Both the position numbers and the translations under genes were made by a program. The notes below the pieces were generated by a model. That model made no database searches and had not been told where the DNA came from. It was given only the letters and a program-made list of their open reading frames with translations. 64,000 bases of DNA from Mobula hypostoma (lineage: Eukaryota), in NCBI RefSeq assembly GCF_963921235.1, contig NC_086097.1, positions 63,738,001 to 63,802,000 of the forward strand. The letters are read 5' to 3'. The stretch's first letter is position 1, and each line of letters begins with the position of its first letter. Positions 52,916 through 64,000 of this stretch are shown here, piece after piece.

Positions 52916-55900
52916 TAAATGTCATTTGTGAAATTTGGCTGAATGAAAATGGCATTTTCACCTTGCAAATTCTGTGTGTAACTGGCACATCTTTTGTGTT
53001 TATTAATCACTTGTTAATGTAAGTTGTTTTATAGGCACTAATACTCTTTAGTGGTTTCAGCACAAGATTTTATTAATAAAAAATAAAATTTTGTGCTAAA
53101 GCACTAAAGGAACAGCAAGGTTGCTGCCTGAGATGCGAGAGGAACTTTTAAAACACAAGATTTTATTACTAAGCATGTATAGCATAATACAGCACTGTTT
53201 CAAGAGCACACAATGCAAATCATTGATAACCTCGGAAGGATTTTTTAAAAGTTTTTTTTCCAACTCTTGAGGCCTATGAAGTTGTACTGGTTTAGAATTG
53301 TTCTATTTTCCTTATGTGAGCGTGCTTTTGTTTTTAAGGCACCCCTTTAAAGCTGTTTGCTTATGTTTTGTATTGTTGATTGGCCCCTTAATCAATAAGA
53401 ACATGAGGAATTCCACTTCATGTTTTGAGTTTAAGGTCAGATAGTAGCTGACCCACTCTTTTCCTGCATAAGCCTATATCACTGATTAAGTTAAAATTGA
53501 GATATGTATACAAACTAAAGAATTTTAATGATTAACAATCCTTTTGGTGAAGTTACTCCTATCGGTTTGAAAAATCTGACTCATTCTAAGTCTGCAACTT
53601 CCTAGTTTTGAGGTTCCCAACAAAGGAAAACCACCTCCAACCTCTACATTTCTGAGTCTGTTAATTGTATTTCATTGAGATCACCATTTTAAGTACATTT
53701 TGGAATATCCCTGCAGATTGGCCTTCCTATTCATCTAATTACACTTGAGTTCAGTTTATGTACGAAGACACTCAGGGCCTTCTGAATATAGTAAATACTG
53801 ATAGTCTGCTATCTAGCTAGTCCAAAATCCCGAATGTTCAACATCTGGCTAGCCAGGTCCCCAGTGCTTCCTTTAGCTCATTGAGATCACTGGAAATGTA
53901 TTATTCTTCTGTTAAACATCTTAAAATAGTGATGTTAGAATACTATTGGGAATAACATACAATAATCTGAAACATCTATTTGTCCAACACCAAAGTCCCA
54001 AGTATGCCAAATTGATGCAGTTTTTCTTTACCATTGTTCTCAGTTCCATCTTTAAAACAATAAAATTTATTTTTTCCTTTCCTACTAACCAAAGAAAATT
54101 TTACATGTTTCCACATATCCATCCACTACGTTCTTCCTACCTCAAATAGCTTGTCTACGTCACCTTAAAGTCATGCTTATTACTTAGCTTTTGTTTAAAA
54201 GGCAAACCGAGTCCCCAGCCCCATAGGTATAGAGCAAAAATAACTGAGATCCTAGCACTGACCCTGGTAGGGCACCACAAGGTAGCTTGTGATCCCGAAA
54301 CACTGATTATGATCTAATGTTTTGTTTATTAACCATTTCTCCTCTGTGCTTGTTTATTAAACGTAATCCAATGATCTAATCTTGTGATAAGAGTATTTTA
54401 TAATAGTCTAAATCTACTAGTTCTAGCATTACATACGCTGTTCCTCTTCATAAATAAACTTCATTGTTCTGTTCTGTCATGATTTTCTTTGTGCCTGTCA
54501 GAAATAATTTGTAATATTGAATTGAGCTGGTTAATGTATAGTTCAGTATTTTCAGTTCCTATTTGGAAGGATCAGAATCTGACTATTCAGTTGGATCTCC
54601 ATGAAATCTAAGAAATTCTGAAAAATCAAAATCAATCCTTCCACTAGGTACCTGTTTTTAAGCTATTGGACATTAAGCCTCAGTTAGCTTAAATGTTGGC
54701 CATTGCTCATCTTGCAACATTTAATCTAGTTTTCTGATAGATTTAGCCTATTTTCCCATAATAATTAGTTTACTGTTTAATAAGACTGCAATTCTGGACT
54801 TGAACTTTCAAACTGTTTATTTTCTCATTATTAAATCTCTAATTTGTAAACAATAATGCTACAGATTTTTCTGTTTCATTAAATAGAGGGCTATGGGTAA
54901 CCCTAGGTTACTTCTAAAGTAAGTACATGTTCTGCACAGCATTGTGGGCCAAAGGGCCTGTATTGTGCTGTAGGTTTTCTATGTTTCTATTTACTTTGCA
55001 CACTTCAAATCCAGTTGAACTATTAAAAAAGACATTTTAATATTAAATTATAGTATTATTACCTTTTAATGATCAGTGTGATGACCAAAAGCATCATTGC
55101 CTTAAAACTTAGAAAGATATTGGGTACAACAGGCTAGTAAAGAGAACTAAATCTGCTTTGTTTTACTTCATTTGCAATTGTTTTATTATCACTGTCTTGA
55201 GATTTGTTGTTTTGTGACAGCAGTACAGCGCAAGGACGTAAGCTTACTATAAACTATCAAATAAAATACTGCAAAAAAAAAATAACAATTCGTACACCTT
55301 TCAGAAATCTAATGGCAGAAAGCAAGAAGCTGTTTGATTTTTAGAGTTTGGGTCTTCAGACTCCTTTATATCCTCCCCGATGGTAGGAATGGGAAGGCGT
55401 GCCCTAGACGATGAGTGTCCTTTGTGATGAATGCCACCTACTTGGGGCACTACCTTTTGACAATGTCCTCAGGGGTGAGGAAGGTTGTGCCAGTGATGGC
55501 ACGACCGTCTGCAGCCTCCTTACCAAGCTGTGATGCAATCAATAACATTAATATTCTATAGGATATTACATTTAAGCAAGCCTCATCAGAATAATGTCAC
55601 AAATGGAGAACAGTGGGGCAAGATAAGTAATGGAAATGATAAAATTGGGGATTTTCTATTTCTATAAATGCTAAGTTTTTTTTTAGAAAGTGACTTGCTC
55701 TTAAATATTGATTTCATGGGAGAAGTTACAGATATGAGACTCACGCATGTCCTTCCTGACGTGAGTTGTTGTTTGACTTATGGATTTGCCAGTGTATTTT
55801 GAAAGGCAGCTTACTTTTAACTCTTGGGTATTATTATTAAGCTAATCTACTGTTCTAAAGGGGCACCTAATCGTAAATATACTTCATTCCTTGTAATGCT

Positions 55901-56015
55901 GCTCTACTATTTTGAGATTACAGTCCAGCAATTTGTTTCTCTCCTGATATTTTGATTGGTCAGTGTCAAGACAGCTGATTACAAAGTATCTAATTGTTCT
56001 ATTTTACTTAAATAG

Positions 56016-56091
56016 GAATCGGCGGATGTTTGGCCTGCTGATGGGTACTTTGCAAAAGTTCAAGCAGGAATCTAATGTTGCAACAGAGAGG
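56016..56091 (+). CDS. PNN: Pinin exon 6
   Basis: 76 nt, NRRMFGLLMGTLQKFKQESNVATER. Confidence 0.97.
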
Positions 56092-57430
56092 GTATTTTCT
56101 CTTTATTATTTGCTGAATTTTCTTTAAGAGGCCTGATTATTGCATTGTGATTACAAAGGCTTCATCTTTTATATTGCATATAATTTTCTATATTCTTTCC
56201 AATACATACTCTAATTTGCCCTTGTTCCTTTTTAATTTTAAAATACTGATACTCAAAATTAGCTCCTGCACTCCATTCCAATATCATATATCATTGTCTC
56301 CTCTTGACGAAGCTATTTTAGGGGAAGTGGATTTGGAGCTCTTTAAAACTGCTAGTTGTGTATGGTTAAGAAACAATAGCATCTTATTCACCCTCATCGA
56401 AACATCCTACCTTTTTGTGACATCAGTCTATTAGTTTAAATAGCGAAGCCAATACAATTAAAACAGCTGTTCAACACATTTCAAATCAAAGTACAAAAAG
56501 TTGTGGAGATAGTTTTAAATTGTCCTTTCAGACTAACATAATCTCACATTGACCTGGTATTTTCCTTGCCCTGGGTCATCCCCCGCACAGAAAGATCCAG
56601 CAGCAGATAATGATGCACTGAACTTCAGCATTTGTCATTTTTCTGAACGCCCTCATTTTGATTATAATAACAATCATGATAACTAACAATTTAATTGCAA
56701 AGCCTAATAATGCATTTTAATCCTCCTCTCAGAAGAAAGGACAAATCTTAACTACGTTGATAAATGCATTGATGCATAATGCCTTGGACAGATAGAAAAT
56801 CTGTGGATGCTTAAGTATATTTCATCCATTCAAGTAAACTGAATATTTTTAAATGTACTGGATAAATGTCATGCCTAAATTGTTCCTCTGTCCAGTGGTA
56901 ACCCAAGACTGTATAATAGTTCACTGTACACACCTCAATTAGTTTATTGTTTCTTAGTTTGCAGCTCGTTATCCAAGACGACATGTAAGTTCACTTAAAA
57001 TTATTCTGTACAACTATATAATCCACAACCTTTTTCTGTTGGTTATTGTCACAGGTTATTCCTTTGAAATTTTACTATCATAAATTCAGCTTCATCTGTA
57101 CCTTGTCTCACAGTTGAAGAATTTCAGTATGCTAATACAATGGATAAGCAGCCACACTCATTGCTGAGACTTTGGCAATAACAACAGTTAGTGTTCAGTT
57201 ATATTGAAGTTAAGTTTAGTAACTATCGTAATATTAATTTGTAATTTGAAGCCTATTGAATACTGAATGTTTATTCTATGTATACATTGGTAGGAGTTGA
57301 GAAGCTAGTGAATTAATGGACGTCAAAGTGCACTTCCCCAAAGAATTAATGTTAACAGTTACCTTGGTGTGACTGGAAAGAAATAGGGGATTTTGTTTTT
57401 GGTTTTATATTTTTCTTTTCCAATCTACAG

Positions 57431-57586
57431 CAAAAAAGACGTCAGGAAATAGAACAGAAGCTTGAAGTGCAAGCTGAAGAAGAACGTAAACAAGTAGAAA
57501 ATGAGAGAAGAGAATTATTCGAGGAACGTCGTGCTAAGCAAACTGAACTGAGACTTCTAGAACAAAAAGTGGAACTAGCCCAGTTG
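57431..57586 (+). CDS. PNN: Pinin exon 7
   Basis: 156 nt, [52 protein letters not shown]. Confidence 0.97.
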
Positions 57587-57668
57587 GTAGGGAAATATTT
57601 TATCTGAATCAAAGGTTTATAAATTTTGTAGTATATGCACTTTTGACATTTGTTTGTTTTTCAAATAG

Positions 57669-57807
57669 CAAGATGTATGGAATGAACACAACTTAAAGAT
57701 AATCAAGTACATAAGGACCAAGACAAAGCCTCATCTGTTCTACATTCCTGGCAAACATTGCCCAGCTACTCAAAAGCTTTTGGATGATTCCCAGAGGAAG
57801 ATGAATG
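57669..57807 (+). CDS. PNN: Pinin exon 8 (includes the RNPS1/SAP18-binding IRTKTKPHLFYIP motif)
   Basis: 139 nt, QDVWNEHNLKIIKYIRTKTKPHLFYIPGKHCPATQKLLDDSQRKMN. Confidence 0.97.
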
Positions 57808-58719
57808 GTGTGTATGTTCATGGTATTAAAAGCAGTCAATCACATTTCATATGTATGGGTTATATTACATAATTTTGCTTGTTTAGTAGAAAGCTTATTT
57901 TAGTAATAGCAATGCCAAGCTTTCCATTGTATCCTCAGTGAATGTAGATTACATTGAATATAAACCTTCCAGAGACGGGTTCATTTGTGCCTAATCAAGG
58001 AGATTAAGAATAGATTTAGGAGGGTTAGAGCAACTGGTAGAGTTTTAGAGTATTAATCAAGCAGAGCCAAAAAAAAAAGGTGGATGTATTTTTTCCTTAA
58101 ACTCACCATGTCAGTGTGGAAGCCTTTCTGCAATTGTACAGGGCTTTAGCAAGTCAACGTCCAATGTGTCTTATGTACTTTTGGTGTCTGTAACCCAATG
58201 AATATATTTTTGGAGCAGTGTTCATTTACTAGATTAATGTGTCAGACACAATGACATATTGAGAGCTTGAGTCTGCTTATTCAGAAGAATGAATGTTGAC
58301 GTCATTGTGATGTCGGTGCTGAGAGACTGATTCTTTGAACTGGAAAATCTAGAACTAAAGCAAAGGTTACAGGATGCTGACTTGGTAATGAGGAGAAAAC
58401 TATATTTAAAAAATTGGAATTCTTTCTCAATGCAACTGTTATTCAGTCAGGTATATCAGCAATCTTAGCTTTTATTTTAATTGTTGAGGTACCTGAAGGA
58501 TCAAGCAATATAACAGTTGGATGGGAAAGTGAATGAAGTTGAGGATTGACCACAAACTTACACACTGAACGGATTTGAGAGCCACAGATCTATGGAACTT
58601 GTGCATGATGTGTGTCTCTTTGAAAGGGAGTTTCAGGTCTTAACTAACCTACTGATCTTTCTGATATTTCACCAGGTGAAATCTTTTTGGATTATGGTCC
58701 TAATTTCTTTCTGTGTTCA

Positions 58720-59165
58720 GAGAAATGCACAAAATGATGAAGGAACTCAGCACATCAGGCAGCATCTGTGGAAATGAATAAACAGTCGAGGTTTCAGGCT
58801 GAGACTCTTCAGGACTGGAAAGGAAGGGGTGGGGGATGGTAGAATTAAAAGGTGGGGGAGGGGAGGGAGGACAAATTGGATAGGTGAACCCAGGTGGGTG
58901 GGAAAGGTAAAGGGCTGGAGAAGAAGGAATCTGATAGGAGAGGAGAGTAGACCATGGGAGGAAAGAAAAGGGTGGGGCATCGGGGGGAAGTGATAAGCAG
59001 GTGAGGAGAAGAGGCCAGAGTGGGGAATAGGAGGAGGAAGGGGGGTAGTGGAGGAGAAAAATAATTAACAGAAGGTGAAGCCATTGTTCATGCCATTAGG
59101 TTGGAAGCTATCTAGACGATATGAGGTGTTACTACTCCACCCTGTGAGTGACCGCATCATGGCTG
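58720..59165 (-). mobile_element. Penelope-like element 3' fragment
   Basis: Reverse-complement homolog of 16245-16646, including HLI.RLDSFQPNGMN-like coding end and terminal repeat. Confidence 0.72.
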
Positions 59166-59184
59166 TGAACCCAACACATGGGAA

Positions 59185-59382
59185 TTAGACATTAGAACAT
59201 TTAGTTACAACTGGAAAGCTGGAAGGAAAAAGAAGCAGAGGCAGACAGAGAATGAAAATGTTAGATGGAATAACATCATGGTTAGAAACAGGGGAGGCAA
59301 CAACTACAATTCGGAGGGTCAGGGACCGTGATGGATGGAGAGACATGATCACACACGCCAAACAGCAAGGCACCTGAATGAT
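59185..59382 (+). mobile_element. RTE LINE extreme 3' fragment
   Basis: LEHLVTTGKLEGKRSRGRQRMKMLDGI..W...RDRDGWRDMI...QGT* reading. Confidence 0.8.
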
Positions 59383-60167
59383 GTGCATGTGCTTGATACA
59401 GTGGTCTCCCAATTTAGACCACAGTTTGATTTGTGTTCTATTCTGGTACTTTTAAATTATGTTCCTCCAGAGATAAGTGCTTGGTTTGTCTTTGGTGTCA
59501 CGTTGTTCATTTTCAATTGTTCAATAAAATGCAACGACTTAAGTTGGAGGGGGTTGGCGCGATGCTCAGTTGTCATCCTGAAAAGCTTTTTGAGTAAGAT
59601 TTTCCACCTATGTAATCAGAAGTTAAGACTGTTAGTTAAAATTACTACTTCCAAATTAATTTTTTAAAAGTACAAGTCTTAAGTTGGTAAATTCACCCAG
59701 TCTTGAGTATATAATGATTAAATTCGCATGAATTGCTGGAGCCAAAAAAGTCCTGATAATCTTCACTTATCCAAACCAGATTAATAATTTGTCTTGGATT
59801 AGTAGTATTTGTTTACATAAGTGGGTGAATTACAAAATGAACAATTGGGGGTTTGCTTTTGCAGCTTTGTGTTGGTTCCTAGAGATCCTGTCTGATTATT
59901 TCAAGTTTACTTTATTTTCCCTGTAAGTTTTGCATTTTTCAGGCTATTGAGTAACTCGGGAGGAACTACTATGGCAGTAGAAAAGCTGTTGGTTAGCTTA
60001 TAGAGTGCAGATCTTGTGCATAGAGTGCAAATAATGTTTCTGATGTAAAAGCCTCCCGTGAATTCATCCTTTTGTTCCTCGCTGCTCGAATACAGTTTTA
60101 CTTTTTTCGTTGAAAGCAAATATTTTAATTTGTATGTATTAGCAGGTATTTGTTTTTAAATCTGCAG

Positions 60168-61354
60168 GTATTTTCGAGCACAGGCGCCTGGAGTTTGCAG
60201 ATCAGATTAACAGAATGGAAGTTAGACCTAGACGTCAGTCATTGAAGGAAAAAGAACAGCGAGAGTTGCAGAATGAAGAACAACAAAACGTGGAACAGGA
60301 GGGTAAGGTGGCTCATCATGAGGAGATGGAGGAATTGGGTAACCAGAACAATGATGTAGAAATGGAGGCAGCAGAAGAGGAAATGGAAGTAGGTACAGAT
60401 AAGTGTGATTCAGAGAAGCAGCAGGAAAAGCAACAGGAGGAGGAAGCTGAAGAAGAGGAAGAGCTAGAGGAAGGGGAAAGCAATAGTCAGCCAGAAAGTG
60501 TGCCTGTTGATGGTAAGGAAGCAAGCCAGAATACAGAGAATGATCAGGATATGGTAGAGGAAGTAGATGAGTGTAGAGAGGAGAGAGTAGAAGAGGTTTG
60601 TAAGGAGCCTGAACCTGAGCCTGAGCCTGAACCTGAACCTGAGCCTGAGATGGAGCCAGAGCCAGAGCCTGAACCTAAGCCTGAACCTGAGCCTGAGCCA
60701 GAGCCAGAGCCTGAGATGGTACCTGAACCGGAGCACAAACTAGAATCTGAACCAGGGCCTGAATCCGAACTTGAAAGTTCGGTTGGGCATGAGCTGGAAC
60801 AAGAGAATCCTGCCACTACTCAAGCTGCAGAATCGCAGGTAGAACCAGTTCGGGTGTCGCCAAAGAGGAGCAGGAGTAAAAGTAGCAGTAGGAGCAAAAG
60901 CAGAGGTCGTGAGAAGGCACAGAGTAAGAGTAGGAGTCGGAGCAGCAGTAGTTCCAGCTCTGGCAGTAGTTCGAGCAGCACCAGCAGTGGTAGCAGCTCA
61001 AGCAGTGGCAGCAGTAGCAGGAGCAGTTCCAGCACAAGTAGCAGCAGTGGCAGCAGTAGCAGAGACAGCAGTACGAGCAGCACCAGCAGTAGCGAGAGCC
61101 GGAGCCGAAGCCGGAGTCGGGGTCACAGCAGAGACAGAAAGCGCAGGAGGAGCTCAGATCAAAAACGTAGAGGTATTTCAAGTGCAGATAAGGACCGTAA
61201 GTCATCAAAAACCAGTAGCAAAGATTTAAAAGGCTCACGGGAAAAGAGTTCAAGGTTAGATAGAAAGAGGTCTATATCAGAAGGTCGTTCAGGCAAAAGG
61301 TCGTCGCGGACTGACAGAGATCATAAATTGGACAGAAAAGATAAAAAGCACTAA
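60168..61354 (+). CDS. PNN: Pinin exon 9 (Glu-rich, PE repeat, poly-Ser and RS domains)
   Basis: ctgcag|GT ATT TTC GAG..., in frame with ORF 60215..61354; ATTAAA candidates at 61570, 61796 and 61840. Confidence 0.96.
60605..60733 (+). repeat. Coding hexamer repeat (GARCCW)n encoding (EP)n
   Basis: About 20 degenerate EP units inside pinin exon 9. Confidence 0.9.
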
Positions 61355-63566
61355 TCACCTGACTGAAAAAGAATTGACTTTAGGAAGGCAAAGTATTGCT
61401 TGATGTGTACAATGTACCGGGTAGATGGAATATTTTCTTTCAGCTGGAAATGAAGCCGCCTTAAGTCTTGCTTGATGTATAGTACTTTTATTTGAAAACC
61501 ATGACTCAAAATTACCATTAATCCCTGTACTTTTACAATGTTTTGTATGCACATGTTTCTCCAATTACAATTAAAGTGTATTTCAGAAGATGAAGTTGTA
61601 TGGAAAATATTGTACCAATCTTGCTAGACGGATTAGCTTTCTTCCCTTTTCAGTGTTTTTTAGATTTGTTGTATTCAACCACTGATGCCTCCTTTGTACA
61701 GTTGAAGTTCTAGGGGGCAAAATTTCCTCTAAGTATTGTTCTTAGCGTAAAGATGGTTGTCATTGAGTATGTACTATACAGTTCCTTTATGTAGAATTAA
61801 ATGTAAATTTTAAAATTGTTGAAAACTCTTTGTCTTTATATTAAAGTTTTCTACAAAATATGGCTCGATTCACAAAAACTTGCTCTTTAAATGCCGTGGG
61901 CTGTGATGGATATCAGTTGTAAACCTATCCCTTAAAATGGTCAAGGAGGGAAAGAATCAAAAGTGAATCATCTGAAAGTGAGAGGGTAGAAACTGTCAGC
62001 AAATAATTGAGTTCTATATGTGATCGGGAAAAAACGTCGAGTTTTCTGCCAGAACACCAGAATTCCTCCAGCATTTTGTGCGTGTTGCTCTAGATTTCCA
62101 GCATCTATAGTATCGTGTGTTTATGATCAAGCTGTCTTTTACATTTTGAAGTATATTGAAGAAAGGTAAGTGCAGATTTGGCATATTCTATGTATCCTTC
62201 AAGGGGAAGGCATAGCTTAGATACAAGTGGGTTCCAGCAGCTTGCAGTATTAAAACATGCTCTATTAATGTAAATTTATCTCAAATTTAGTTTCAATTCT
62301 GGCCCCTCTGCAAGAAGAAAACTATTCCTAGGGTTCCATTCCCTACAATAAGAGTGTCAGGGAATTGGCTGGAATTGTTCCCAAGATTTTGTCTTCTGCT
62401 TAAGTTCTTATACAGTTTTAGAATTTGGTTAAGCTCAGCTTTGTGATCAGAAAGCCAAATGATCTGTTTCAGGTCCCATATGAGATGAATTTGTCACCAA
62501 GATTGCATTCAGTTGGGAGGTGATTAGATGGCCAAAAGTAACCCGGCACAAGTTCAGTGCAAAGTCTTTTTTTGTACATGCAAATCATTTGAACCTTCCT
62601 GAATGCGGAACAGTAATATTTCCATTTCAATTGTTATATTTTACTGTCATTGAATAGTCTCAGGAAAATTGAAATCTTGTTATTTTGCCTATCGTAATTT
62701 TCATACTTTCAGGAAGCAAAATGAACAACAAAATGTTTGCCTGCTACAAAGCTGGAAATAGAGTATTTCTCTAGAATATTAATAGTATGTGCTAAGGAGC
62801 TGTTACAAGGCAGCCATAAATTGGTGGGTGTTGGGATTCCCACAATGCAATCAAATGGAAATCTCAATCTTTATTTGCTTAATTTTTATCATCTTTCTAT
62901 CTTACTGGTTAAGGACATGTGTAGTTGCTTGTGTTGCCTACTCTGATCCCAAATGCTGTTGCCTTCACTAACTTCTACAAAATATTGTGATCAAATGGGC
63001 AAGGCGAGCTGGAACAGGAAGTAGCTATTAGTTACCCTGCCAAAAGTTAACTTCCTTATGGGTGTTGCAACAAAAATAGATGGCTGTACTTTGGTAGCAT
63101 TTACTTCAGTATGTTGGAGAGTTTTTGTTTCAGGGTATGGGGTTAGTTTTCAGTGCCCAGACCTCTGGATAAAAATGTGGAACTAGTGACAAAATTGATC
63201 AAAACTAAAGGTAAGGAAATCTTAGTAAAAATACTTAGTTAGCATTGTGGTGAAAGTTCTATGTGGCATAAATAAGCACAGTTTTCTTGCTTTGAAAACG
63301 AAACTCGCAGACTTATCTGCAATTCCTGTATACAGATCTTGCATATGTACGCACATGATAAAACCATCATGCTACTATCACAGGAAAAAAGCAAGAAGGT
63401 TGGTGTTAATTATTTCAGGATCATTAACAAAAGAAAAAAGGAAGTATAAACACTAGACTTCCCTCGTTCATAAGATTTGCCTTATAGAAACAAATGATAT
63501 TTACTTCACTAGTTATCTACAACAATTTTTACTCAGATGAAATTGGAAAAATACATTAGAGTAATA

Positions 63567-64000
63567 CAGGTGCACATTCCTTTATCTGAAATTCTGAAAT
63601 CCAAAAAGCTCCGAAAACCAAACTTTTTTTTCACCAACAGCTGACGTCACTCAGGTGTGACGTGGCAGCACTAGCAGAGGCCGCCAGATGTCAGTTGTGG
63701 CTCAGCGCTCATACTGGTTACAAGTGCATTGGCTGTTCCCTGATATTTTGTGTTCACCGTTGACTTTATGTTTAATTTCACTGTGAAAATGTCAAAAAGA
63801 GCTGCAGATACCCCTATGGGTAACAATGAGAAAAAGAGAAGGAATCTTCTCTATCAATAACGCAGAAAGTGGAATTATTGCAGAAGCTTGATCGTGGTGT
63901 GTCTGTGGGGCGTCTTGCTGAAGAAAATAGTGTCGGAACTACCACTGTATATGATTTAAATAAACAGAAAGACAAGTTACTGAAGTTTTATAGTGACAGT
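63567..64000 (+). mobile_element. Tigger/pogo DNA transposon 5' end (Tigger4/Zombi-like), runs off the window
   Basis: TA|CAGG... TIR with GAAA-rich subterminal repeats; ATG at 63789 MSKRAADTPMGNNEKKRR/LSITQKVELLQKLDRGVSV.RLAEE..VGTTTVYDL.KQKDKLLKFY (CENP-B-type HTH), one frameshift. Confidence 0.85.

Noticed and set aside
60228..61253. Overlapping ORFs with GS, LR, Cys-rich and poly-Leu repeats on other frames and the opposite strand
   Set aside because: Shadow frames of the low-complexity pinin exon 9.
1..64000. CRISPR arrays, operons, rRNA, tRNA or snoRNA genes
   Set aside because: Eukaryotic intron-exon DNA; no repeat-spacer array or convincing structured RNA gene seen by eye. tRNA-like stretches near 5590, 12150, 18960 and 21350 look like decayed SINE heads. 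tRNAscan-SE and Infernal would be needed to exclude small RNAs.

Overview
Eukaryotic, AT-rich vertebrate genomic DNA; the repeat content suggests a cartilaginous fish, probably a ray (inference). Three spliced genes are present in the same order and orientation as the human locus: the last three coding exons of GEMIN2 (+), a complete 6-exon TRAPPC6B (-, 158 aa) and a complete 9-exon PNN/pinin (+, 659 aa). TRAPPC6B and PNN are head-to-head from two CpG islands. Introns hold many transposon relics: Tc1, mariner, Tigger, Harbinger, hAT, Rex1/Babar, CR1, Crack, RTE, Hero and Penelope-derived elements. Most notable: (1) a decayed class I endogenous retrovirus in TRAPPC6B intron 3 whose integrase/env region is replaced by an inverted ~670 bp copy of TRAPPC6B intron 2 plus exon 3, giving a long fold-back over that exon in the pre-mRNA; (2) minimal type I hammerhead ribozyme motifs in the Penelope-derived repeats; (3) candidate cryptic or poison exons in PNN. 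Exon boundaries were read base by base; most repeat boundaries are approximate. Nearly all short ORFs in the supplied track are spurious or transposon fragments.
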